Origin: Acetatifactor sp.
GTDB taxonomy: Bacteria > Bacillota > Clostridia > Lachnospirales > Lachnospiraceae
Reading direction: 5' to 3'
Assembly: GCA_029050705.1 (NCBI GenBank)
Contig: JAIDME010000194.1
Span: 1-59,156 of the forward strand
Length of the DNA: 59,156 nucleotides
Positions 49,508-57,793 of this stretch are shown here, piece by piece (the stretch's first letter is position 1; every line of letters begins with the position of its first letter). The notes under the pieces are model-generated. The model searched no databases. It had not been told where the DNA came from and saw nothing but the letters and a program-made list of their open reading frames with translations. A program made the position numbers and the translations under genes.

Positions 49508-51490
49508 ATGAGGAGTTTATATATATCACGAGTAAAAATTAAAAATTACAGAAATTTTAAAAATGTTGATGTGAGTTTGGGGCATAAGCAGGTTATTATT
49601 GGAGAAAATAATGTAGGAAAAACAAATTTTCTGAGAGCCTTGCAACTTGTACTTGATCCGACACTATCAGATGAGGATAGGATGCTTGAGGAATCTGATT
49701 TTAACGATTCAATAGAAAATCCATTTGATAATCAGGAAGAAATTCAAATTGATATTTATATCAGCGGATATGAAAATAATAAGGCTATTCTGGCTGTTTT
49801 ACAAGATGCTACAGTCTTAAATGCAATTGGTGAAGAGGAACTTTTGATTACATACAAGTATGCCCCATATACAGATTCATCGGGAAATATTAGTTATCAA
49901 TATTCAATTTTTATGGCGAATGATGAGTCAAGACGATTTACTGCTAACGAAAGAAAATATCTTAATTTAAAAGTTATAAAAGCGCTTCGTGATGTTGAAA
50001 ATGATATGAGAAATTCAAAAACATCTCCTATAAAGAAAATGCTCAAAGAATATGCAATAGATAAATTGAAACTGGAACAAATTGCAGATATATATAGAGA
50101 AGGTGGGGAAAAAGTATTAGAGCTTGATGAACTTAAAGATTTGACAAATAATATTAATAAAAGGTTTAGTAAAGTTCTCGGGAATCATGATTTCGATGTG
50201 TCTTTGCAGGCTATGGAAATTGATCCCAATAGAGTTTTGGCATCATTAAAGTTATTGATGGCCAATAGAAGCACTACTGAAAGTAGCTTGGGGATAAATA
50301 ATATCTTGTATATCTCATTGATTATGCAAATGTTACAAGACAAGACAGTTCCCACTTTTTTAAAAAAAGAGTTGTATGATGAGCTTTGCTTAAAGGAAGA
50401 TAGTAAAATTGTAGAGGAAGTTTATGAAGTAAATTCAAGTGGAAATTACTTTTTAAAAGAAATATTATCTGATGCACAAAGATACGATATACATAGTTTT
50501 ATGGATAAATATTGTTCTAAAAATATTGGAGTAACTATTTTGGCAATTGAAGAGCCAGAAGCACACTTACACCCTGTTAATCAGAGACTTATTTATAGAG
50601 ACGTGATTAATAATAGTAATAATTCTGTCTTGTTGACAACACATTCGACACATATAACAGCTATTGCGCCAATTGAATCTATTGTAAATCTTCATGTGAA
50701 ATTAGATGAGGGAACTGTAATTCATGCAACAGCTGATATGCCTATGACAGATGGAGAGTTTTTGGATGTTGAAAGATATCTTGATGTTAAGCGTGGAGAG
50801 ATATATTTAGGTAAAGGGGTCATTTTGGTTGAAGGTATTGCAGAAGAATACATTATTCCAAGGTTTGCTGAAATTATGGAAAAACCTTTGGATGAGATGG
50901 GTATCATTGTATGTAATATTAACTGTACTAATTTTAAACCATATGTTAAATTGTTGAGAAGCTTAGATATACCGTATGCTGTTATTACAGACGGAGATTT
51001 CTACTATTTAAATGATAATGAGGAAAGGGTATACCATGTATTAGAGGATGAAATTGCTGCTGATATAGAGTGTGGATATTTAGGAATGGAAGTTATTGGC
51101 AGGTTGGTAACTGAAGTTGGTTTGCTTAATGAAAGCGATATACCAGAAAATCGAAGTGATACTGATAAATTATATCATACATATGGGATATTTGTTGGAA
51201 ATAATACATTTGAGGTTGATATGATGAAGGCTTGTGCGTCAGATACAACAGCAATACAGATTTTTATTGACATATTTAATGAATTGACGGATGGTGGTGA
51301 CAGACAAAAAGAGAATTTTAAGAACGAGATTAATGATAAAAAATACTGGAAATGCTTATCTAAAATAGAAGGAAATGGCATAGGAAAAGGACGATTTGCT
51401 CAGAAACTTTCCGGTCGAGTTTGTAAAGCACATATTCCGGATTATATAAGAAAAGCAATTGACTATATTTATAAGAAGGTAAATATATAA
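49508..51490 (+). CDS. OLD-family ABC-ATPase/TOPRIM nuclease (GajA-like)
   Basis: GENNVGKT, IEEPEAHLHP, TTHS, TOPRIM VILVEG and ITDGD; AT-rich. Confidence 0.9.
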   Translation: MRSLYISRVKIKNYRNFKNVDVSLGHKQVIIGENNVGKTNFLRALQLVLDPTLSDEDRMLEESDFNDSIENPFDNQEEIQIDIYISGYENNKAILAVLQDATVLNAIGEEELLITYKYAPYTDSSGNISYQYSIFMANDESRRFTANERKYLNLKVIKALRDVENDMRNSKTSPIKKMLKEYAIDKLKLEQIADIYREGGEKVLELDELKDLTNNINKRFSKVLGNHDFDVSLQAMEIDPNRVLASLKLLMANRSTTESSLGINNILYISLIMQMLQDKTVPTFLKKELYDELCLKEDSKIVEEVYEVNSSGNYFLKEILSDAQRYDIHSFMDKYCSKNIGVTILAIEEPEAHLHPVNQRLIYRDVINNSNNSVLLTTHSTHITAIAPIESIVNLHVKLDEGTVIHATADMPMTDGEFLDVERYLDVKRGEIYLGKGVILVEGIAEEYIIPRFAEIMEKPLDEMGIIVCNINCTNFKPYVKLLRSLDIPYAVITDGDFYYLNDNEERVYHVLEDEIAADIECGYLGMEVIGRLVTEVGLLNESDIPENRSDTDKLYHTYGIFVGNNTFEVDMMKACASDTTAIQIFIDIFNELTDGGDRQKENFKNEINDKKYWKCLSKIEGNGIGKGRFAQKLSGRVCKAHIPDYIRKAIDYIYKKVNI

Positions 51491-51491
51491 T

Positions 51492-53312
51492 ATGAGTTAT
51501 TATTCTGATAAATTAACGCAGGTATTGTCAGATCCGCTGCAGAAAGAGGCATATGACACAGAAGATAGTACTGTTGTAATAGCAGGGCCAGGAAGTGGAA
51601 AGACAACTATTCTAACATTAAAGATAATGAAGCTTTTGAATGGTTATATAAAAGAACCGCAAGGGCTTGCTTGTATTACATTTAGTAGAGAAGCAGCAAG
51701 AGAATTTGAAGATAGATTGAAATTGTTAGGTTATATGAAACGAAAAAATGTCTTTCTTGGAACTGTACATTCCTTTTGTATGTCTGAAATTTTAGGTAAG
51801 TTTGCACCATTATATGATTATGGATTACCAAGTGAATTAAAAATAATTCCTAGAAAGACGGAAGAACAGATATATGGTCAAGTGCTGAAAGACTTGGGAA
51901 TTGCGAAATTTAGTATGATTGATATGAATAAGGAACGTTCTTTAAATATAGGTGGAAATAGCAAAGTTCCAGTTGTTTCAAATCCAATAGCCAGAAAAAT
52001 AGCAGGCGAATATGAAAAAAGAATGTTTGAGGCAGGGTATATTGATTATGAAAGCATTATTATATATTCTACCCGTTTGATACAGGAGCATGATTATGTA
52101 AGAAAATGTCTTAGTTCAAGATTTCCTTGGTTAGTTATAGATGAGTATCAGGATTTAGGCAGACCGTTACATGAGATGGTTTTATCATTGTTTTCAGGAA
52201 CAGATATAAAGATTTTTGCAGTAGGAGATCCAGACCAGTCTATATATGGATTCTCTGGGGCAAAACCAGATTATCTAATGGAATTACATGATAGAGCGGA
52301 TATGATTTCTGTTGAATTAAAAAATAATTATAGAAGTAATCAGGATATCATTGATGGTTCAGAGATGGTGCTGAATATACCAAGACATTATTGTGCAAAA
52401 ACAAGGGAAGGAGAATCGGCAGTTTATAAATTCATTACTTGTCAAAATGGATATGAAGATCAGTTTCAATATTTTATCAAGCAGATAGTTCCTGAGTGTA
52501 GGGAAAAGGGGATACCGTTAGAGGAAGTGGCTGTATTGGTAGGAACACAAAATAACTGCCGTGACTTGGCAGCGGAATGCTTAATCAATGATATTCCGTA
52601 CTATATTCCAAAACATACTTTTGACAGATCTGATTTTGTGCAATGGCTGGAAAAATGCGCGCTCTGGATAAATGATAGGCAAAAGGCATCATTTGATGAG
52701 ATATTTGAATACTGGTATAATTTGCAAATTATTCATAAAGAGAGAAAATTTATGAGTGAGAATGAAATAATAGAATTAAAAAAAGAATTAGTGGATGTAC
52801 TTCAGTCAAGCTGGGAAGTTAAAGACAACTTAAAGGATTGGATATTATTCTTTATAAAGACACTTAATGTTCCAGATTTGTTAAGAAATTCAGAACAATT
52901 GCCGGATGAGTTGAGTAATCTTAATAACTTATATAAAGAGGTGTCTGATAAGCGATATAAGGAATATGATACAAATAAGTTTTCAAAGCTAGGAAAACCT
53001 GAAAATCAAATTACAATTACTACCAGACATAGTTCTAAAGGATTGGAATTTGAGGTGGTTGTCATGATGGGGATGGATGAAAACCATTTCCCAGGCTGGA
53101 GGATAAAAAAAGAGCCAGATGCAATTAAAGAAGAAAACCGAATCTGCTTTGTCTGTGTGAGTAGAGCGAAAAGAGTGTGCATTTTAATGCACTCGGATTA
53201 TTATGTAGAGGAAGACTATAATGGAGAGATGCAGAGAAGACGTTTTCGGCCATCAAGATATATTAATCAGCTTAAGACAAAATATGAGAAGGATAGAAGC
53301 ATGAGTGAATGA
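51492..53312 (+). CDS. UvrD/Rep-like SF1 helicase (GajB-like)
   Basis: AGPGSGKT, DEYQD, GDPDQSIYGF, NYRS, HSSKGLEF, VCVSRAK; starts 1 nt after the OLD gene. Confidence 0.9.
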   Translation: MSYYSDKLTQVLSDPLQKEAYDTEDSTVVIAGPGSGKTTILTLKIMKLLNGYIKEPQGLACITFSREAAREFEDRLKLLGYMKRKNVFLGTVHSFCMSEILGKFAPLYDYGLPSELKIIPRKTEEQIYGQVLKDLGIAKFSMIDMNKERSLNIGGNSKVPVVSNPIARKIAGEYEKRMFEAGYIDYESIIIYSTRLIQEHDYVRKCLSSRFPWLVIDEYQDLGRPLHEMVLSLFSGTDIKIFAVGDPDQSIYGFSGAKPDYLMELHDRADMISVELKNNYRSNQDIIDGSEMVLNIPRHYCAKTREGESAVYKFITCQNGYEDQFQYFIKQIVPECREKGIPLEEVAVLVGTQNNCRDLAAECLINDIPYYIPKHTFDRSDFVQWLEKCALWINDRQKASFDEIFEYWYNLQIIHKERKFMSENEIIELKKELVDVLQSSWEVKDNLKDWILFFIKTLNVPDLLRNSEQLPDELSNLNNLYKEVSDKRYKEYDTNKFSKLGKPENQITITTRHSSKGLEFEVVVMMGMDENHFPGWRIKKEPDAIKEENRICFVCVSRAKRVCILMHSDYYVEEDYNGEMQRRRFRPSRYINQLKTKYEKDRSMSE

Positions 53313-53530
53313 TGGATTTATTTGATACAGATAACAATATACTGGTGAATCAGCTCCACACAAAGTACAAGTTAATAAAAGATGATTCGATGAAGAGCGG
53401 GGAGAGGATAATTTTTCAACACTGGGTAGATGGAATGGTTGACGGAGATAATAAGATGCTTTATGAGTTTAAGACGACTTTTCATAGCTGATTTCGGGAA
53501 ATTTGTTTATATGCCTGTTTTTAGGTTGAA
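53309..53530 (+). pseudogene. Truncated N-terminal gene fragment
   Basis: ATGA-coupled to the helicase; 60 aa then TGA, with the frame continuing briefly as FREICLYACF. Confidence 0.45.
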
Positions 53531-53561
53531 ACATGGATAAGCAACTGTCAGAAATCATAAC

Positions 53562-53880
53562 ATGGACAAGTCATCGAATGAACTGTGCAAAAATTCTATA
53601 GATTTTGTCGAATATGCAAGAGGAATTACAGCAAAGCAGATTAACATTATTCAGCTAATGACATTTTATTCCATAGGAAGATGGATTGTGGAAGAACAGC
53701 AACGAGGCGAAAGCAGAGCGAAATATGGTCAGCGAGTGATTAAAAGGCTTTCAGAGGCTCTGACTGAGCAGTATGGAAGAGGATTTTCAGAGGATACATA
53801 GAAAAATGCCAGATAATTCTATTGATCGAAAAAGTGAAACAGTGTTTAGCCTTTTTGCTATTAGAAAAGTGATAACACCT
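53562..53880 (+). pseudogene. Decayed second yhcG/DUF1016 copy (N-terminus only)
   Basis: NSIDFVEYAR...QLMTFYSIGRWIVE...YGQRVIK...GRGFS aligns to the 45292 gene; in-frame stops; SETVF remnant downstream. Confidence 0.85.
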
Positions 53881-53923
53881 ATATAAAGCAGATTACATTC
53901 ATAGAGGAGTACCCACGAAAAAT

Positions 53924-54403
53924 ATGGCGGAAAAGACGGCAATTATTTTTATCGGTATCCAGGCCAGCGGCAAATCCACCTTTTACCATGAACGGTTTGA
54001 AGATTATGCCCATATCAATCTGGACACCTTACATACAAGAAATAAAGAGAAGATACTGCTGCGGGAATGTGTGGAAAACGGACGCTCCTTTGTGGTGGAT
54101 AATACAAATCCGACGAGGGAAGACAGAGAGAAGTATATTCGTATCGCAAGGGATAATGGTTATCGTATTCAGGGCTATTACTTTCAGTCATCCGTTTCCG
54201 ATTGCATTGCAAGAAATCGAAAGCGGGAAGGGAAAGCAAGAATACCGGATCATGCTGTGGCAGGTACACATCGCAAGCTGGAACTTCCGGAATACGGGGA
54301 AGGCTTCGACGAACTGTTCTATGTCCGCATGGAAGGCGGAAGCTTTATGGTAGATAAGTGGAATGAGACAGAAGAAAAGGGGGAGAAAAACATTGAAATT
54401 TGA
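53924..54403 (+). CDS. P-loop kinase, polynucleotide kinase (AAA_33)-like
   Basis: GIQASGKST, NLD, VVDNTN, RNRKR lid. Confidence 0.85.
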   Translation: MAEKTAIIFIGIQASGKSTFYHERFEDYAHINLDTLHTRNKEKILLRECVENGRSFVVDNTNPTREDREKYIRIARDNGYRIQGYYFQSSVSDCIARNRKREGKARIPDHAVAGTHRKLELPEYGEGFDELFYVRMEGGSFMVDKWNETEEKGEKNIEI

Positions 54404-55154
54404 CGATTTTGATAAAGAAATGCGCATTTACGAGGAATCACTCGACCAGTATATTCTGCCTGATATGTATATAGCGGCACGATTGGATGGCAGGTCTTTT
54501 ACCAGACTGACAAAGGAGATCTGTAAATTTGAGGCGCCATTTGATGTAAAATTCAGGAATTTGATGATAGAAACAGTGAAAACTCTGATGAATGTGGGAT
54601 TCCGCATTGTTTACGGCTACACCGAAAGCGATGAGATATCGCTTTTATTTCATCCGGAAGAGCGTACATTCGGCAGGAAAGTTCGTAAGATCAATACGAC
54701 TCTGGCAGGAGAAGCCAGTGTGGCGTTTTCCCTGGCGTTGGGGCAGGCGGCAACATTTGACTGCCGTGTGGTTCCGCTGCCAAATAAAGACAGAGTCGCA
54801 GATTACTTTGTGTGGCGGCAGGAGGACTCCCATCGGAATTCCCTGAATGCGCACTGTTATTGGGCTCTCCGCAAAGAAGGGGACGGGCGGAATGATGCGA
54901 CAATGGAATTGGAAGGGAAGAGTGTGGCATATAAAAATGAACTGCTGTTTCAGAAAGGCATAAATTACAACGAGCTTCCCTCATGGCAGAAGAGAGGGGT
55001 TGGCGTTTATTTTAAAGACGTTCAGAAAGAGGGCTTCAATCCGGTGAAAAGGGAAAAAGTCATAACACAGAGGAGAGAGCTGTTTGTGGATTATGAGATT
55101 CCGCTGGGGGAAGATTACAGAGAATTTGTACTGCGGTTTCTTGACGGGGATTGA
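54393..55154 (+). CDS. Thg1-like protein (tRNA-His guanylyltransferase / 3'-5' polymerase family)
   Basis: RLDGRSF, SDEISL, FDCR, WRQEDSHRNSLN, WQKRGVG; TTG start after ggggag, overlapping the kinase stop. Confidence 0.92.
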   Translation: MKFDDFDKEMRIYEESLDQYILPDMYIAARLDGRSFTRLTKEICKFEAPFDVKFRNLMIETVKTLMNVGFRIVYGYTESDEISLLFHPEERTFGRKVRKINTTLAGEASVAFSLALGQAATFDCRVVPLPNKDRVADYFVWRQEDSHRNSLNAHCYWALRKEGDGRNDATMELEGKSVAYKNELLFQKGINYNELPSWQKRGVGVYFKDVQKEGFNPVKREKVITQRRELFVDYEIPLGEDYREFVLRFLDGD

Positions 55155-55171
55155 CAGAGCGAAAAAAGCTA

Positions 55172-55202
55172 TTGACCCTCCTCTTAGGTCAGAGATTATA
55201 CT
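55172..55202 (+). promoter_or_regulatory. MerR-type promoter
   Basis: ttgacc-N19-tatact with tgacc/ggtca inverted repeat. Confidence 0.7.
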
Positions 55203-55245
55203 GTCCATAGATTCGAATCTATTACCACGAAAGGAGTGAGACAGT

Positions 55246-56049
55246 TTGTTGCAGATAGGAGAATTTTCGAAAATATGCCAGGTCAGCGTAAAAACCCTTC
55301 ACCACTATGATAAGATCGGCTTGCTTGTGCCGATGGAAGTGGATCGTTTTACGGGCTACCGCTATTATGGCGTAGAGCAGATAGACACCATGAACTATAT
55401 TCAGCGTCTCAAACGCTACGATTTTTCTCTGGAAGAAATTCAGCACCTGCTCACTGTTTCGGATAATAAGGAGCTCTCAAAAGCGCTGCGTCAGCAGAAG
55501 GAAAAATTGAAGCGAACTCAGCAGGAACTGGCCATTACTGTGAATGAGCTTCAGACACATATTTCTGTATTCGAAAGGACAGGTGATATTATGATCTATC
55601 AGAAAGGTTATACGATTGAGGTGAAAAATTCCCCGGCGATGAATGTGCTGGTAAACCGTGCCATGATGGGTGTGGATGAATTCGGAAAGTATTACGGTAC
55701 GCTGTTTGAGCGTGTGCCCAAAGAAAAGGTCACGCCTACGGGACTGAACGGCGCGAGGTACTATGATAAGGAGTTCAACCATGAATCGTCGGATGTGGAG
55801 GTCTTCATCGGAATCAAGGAAAAGGACAAGGCCGATGTGGTCATGGAACCCTGCGAGTGTGCCATGACCCTGCACAGGGGCGGGTATTCAACGCTCTCAG
55901 AGGCCTACGGCGCTATAGTTTCCTGGATCATTGAGAACGGTTACGAGATGGCAGGAGCGCCCTTTGATCTTTACATTAAGACGCAGTTTGATTCGCTGTC
56001 TCCGGAGGAATGGGAGACGGAGGTATATTTCCCGATCCGGAAGAAATAA
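55246..56049 (+). CDS. MerR family regulator with GyrI-like domain (BmrR/BltR-like)
   Basis: IGEFSKICQVSVKTLHHYDKIGLL, TGYRYY, HRGGY, TEVYFPI. Confidence 0.92.
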   Translation: MLQIGEFSKICQVSVKTLHHYDKIGLLVPMEVDRFTGYRYYGVEQIDTMNYIQRLKRYDFSLEEIQHLLTVSDNKELSKALRQQKEKLKRTQQELAITVNELQTHISVFERTGDIMIYQKGYTIEVKNSPAMNVLVNRAMMGVDEFGKYYGTLFERVPKEKVTPTGLNGARYYDKEFNHESSDVEVFIGIKEKDKADVVMEPCECAMTLHRGGYSTLSEAYGAIVSWIIENGYEMAGAPFDLYIKTQFDSLSPEEWETEVYFPIRKK

Positions 56050-56095
56050 TCCGTAAATGGGAGACAGGTAAGATGTGATCATTCCAATATAAACG

Positions 56096-56136
56096 AAGTC
56101 CGGAATGTTCCCGATGATCAGGGACATTCCGGACTT
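56096..56136. terminator. Inverted repeat between convergent genes
   Basis: aagtccggaatgttcc...gggacattccggactt. Confidence 0.75.
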
Positions 56137-56140
56137 GTGC

Positions 56141-57793
56141 CTATTTGCACAGATTCAGGTCAATCCTCATTTTTGCGTGCCAGGCATCTGCATTTCTATG
56201 TGTGATTATAATTGCAGTCTTCTCTTTTATCAGTACGGAAACCGCCTCGCAGATTGCCCGTTCTGACTCATAATCCAGTCCCGATACAACCTCGTCAAAG
56301 AGAATGATCGGTGCATCTTTTAAAAAGGCTCTTGCTATCGCAATGCGCTGGCGCTGTCCGAAGGATAACTTTTTTCCCTGTTCACCGGGAATGTAATTAT
56401 ATTCGCCGGGCAGCCGTCTGATAAAATCGTCTGCATTTGCAGCCCTGGCGGCGCTGATCACCTCTTCCTCTGATGCTTCCGGCCGCACACATCTTATATT
56501 TTCAAATAACGTATCGTTAAATAAAAACGGCTTCTGCGGAATATATGTTATCATATCATGAAGTGCGTCCGGTTCATAGTCACTGATCACTTTGCCCTTC
56601 ACAAAAATTGCTCCTTCCTGGATATTGTAAAATCCCATCAGAAGTTTACACAGGGTGGATTTTCCGCAGCCGGACGGTCCGGTCACAACGACCGAATCAT
56701 TTTCCTTCAGCTTCAAATTGAAATTCTTAAGTACCTTTTTCCGGCCGGGATATCCAAAGGCTACATTTTGAAATTCAATATAAGATGCACTTTCCGGATT
56801 GATATTTCCTTCCGGAACCGTTATCATTTCATCTTTTAAAGCAAGAAAATCCTCAATGCGCTCAACACTTGCAATATTTTCAAAAAGCTCCGGAAATCTT
56901 TTGCCGGCCTGAAGCGCTGCCCAGATTAAGCTTGATTCCAGACTCATCAGCGCAACCAATATGCCATATGTTGTTTTCCCGGCGTGTACCATAATGGACC
57001 CTGCAACCAGAAAAACAATAGTACATAAAATATCAAATCCTTTATTCATGGCCTCCAGCCATGCGCTTATTTTTACTTTAACCATTGATTTTTCGGTGTA
57101 ATCCTGATTGGCAATTTTGTATTTTTCTGCTAATACGGGCCTTAGCTGATATTGTTTTATGGTTAGGATACCGGCCAAAATGTCCGATGTTTTCTTCGTA
57201 AGAGCATCATTAGATGCTGCAGCAGACAGACCGGCCTGTTTCACCTTTCCGGAAAATGTGGTATTAATAAACAGACACAAGGTTGACACAATAAGTAAAA
57301 TAAGCGTAAGAGGGACATTCAACAGTAACATTGGAATTACACTGGTAATAAGGGCTAAAACCGGATTGACGAATTCTTTAAATTTTGTCCGGTAAAGCTC
57401 TTCAATTTTGTTCATATCATAAACCATTCTGGAAACCATTTCGCCGCTGTGCTCTGATTCCACCACTTCCATCGGCAATTTTGTTCTTTTTTCCATAATT
57501 CTCTTACGCAGGCCGGCACTCGCCTTCAGAGCATAGGAGCGGTATAAATACTGGGATATTACAGATACCGCGGCGGATAAACAAAACAGTATACCATAAA
57601 GAAGCAACCCGCTTTTTATATTCGAAAAATCATTATCTACAGCAGCGTCGATCAGCACCTGCGGAATCAGAGAAATGGTAATGCTCATCCCCGAATATCC
57701 CAGCCCGACTCCCAGCAGGGCAGGAAAATATTTCAACTTAACATCTGAAATATATTTACAAGCATATCTTATCTGCGCCAAATATTTTCCCAT
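56141..57793 (-). CDS. ABC exporter, fused permease/ATPase with degenerate signature
   Basis: TMD, GPSGCGKST, LSFGQ, ILFDE. Confidence 0.9.
   Translation of the reverse strand: MGKYLAQIRYACKYISDVKLKYFPALLGVGLGYSGMSITISLIPQVLIDAAVDNDFSNIKSGLLLYGILFCLSAAVSVISQYLYRSYALKASAGLRKRIMEKRTKLPMEVVESEHSGEMVSRMVYDMNKIEELYRTKFKEFVNPVLALITSVIPMLLLNVPLTLILLIVSTLCLFINTTFSGKVKQAGLSAAASNDALTKKTSDILAGILTIKQYQLRPVLAEKYKIANQDYTEKSMVKVKISAWLEAMNKGFDILCTIVFLVAGSIMVHAGKTTYGILVALMSLESSLIWAALQAGKRFPELFENIASVERIEDFLALKDEMITVPEGNINPESASYIEFQNVAFGYPGRKKVLKNFNLKLKENDSVVVTGPSGCGKSTLCKLLMGFYNIQEGAIFVKGKVISDYEPDALHDMITYIPQKPFLFNDTLFENIRCVRPEASEEEVISAARAANADDFIRRLPGEYNYIPGEQGKKLSFGQRQRIAIARAFLKDAPIILFDEVVSGLDYESERAICEAVSVLIKEKTAIIITHRNADAWHAKMRIDLNLCK

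Noticed and set aside
41400-55200. Island as an intact ICE or prophage
   Set aside because: No integrase, relaxase, transposase or phage structural gene, and no att-like flanking direct repeats recognised.
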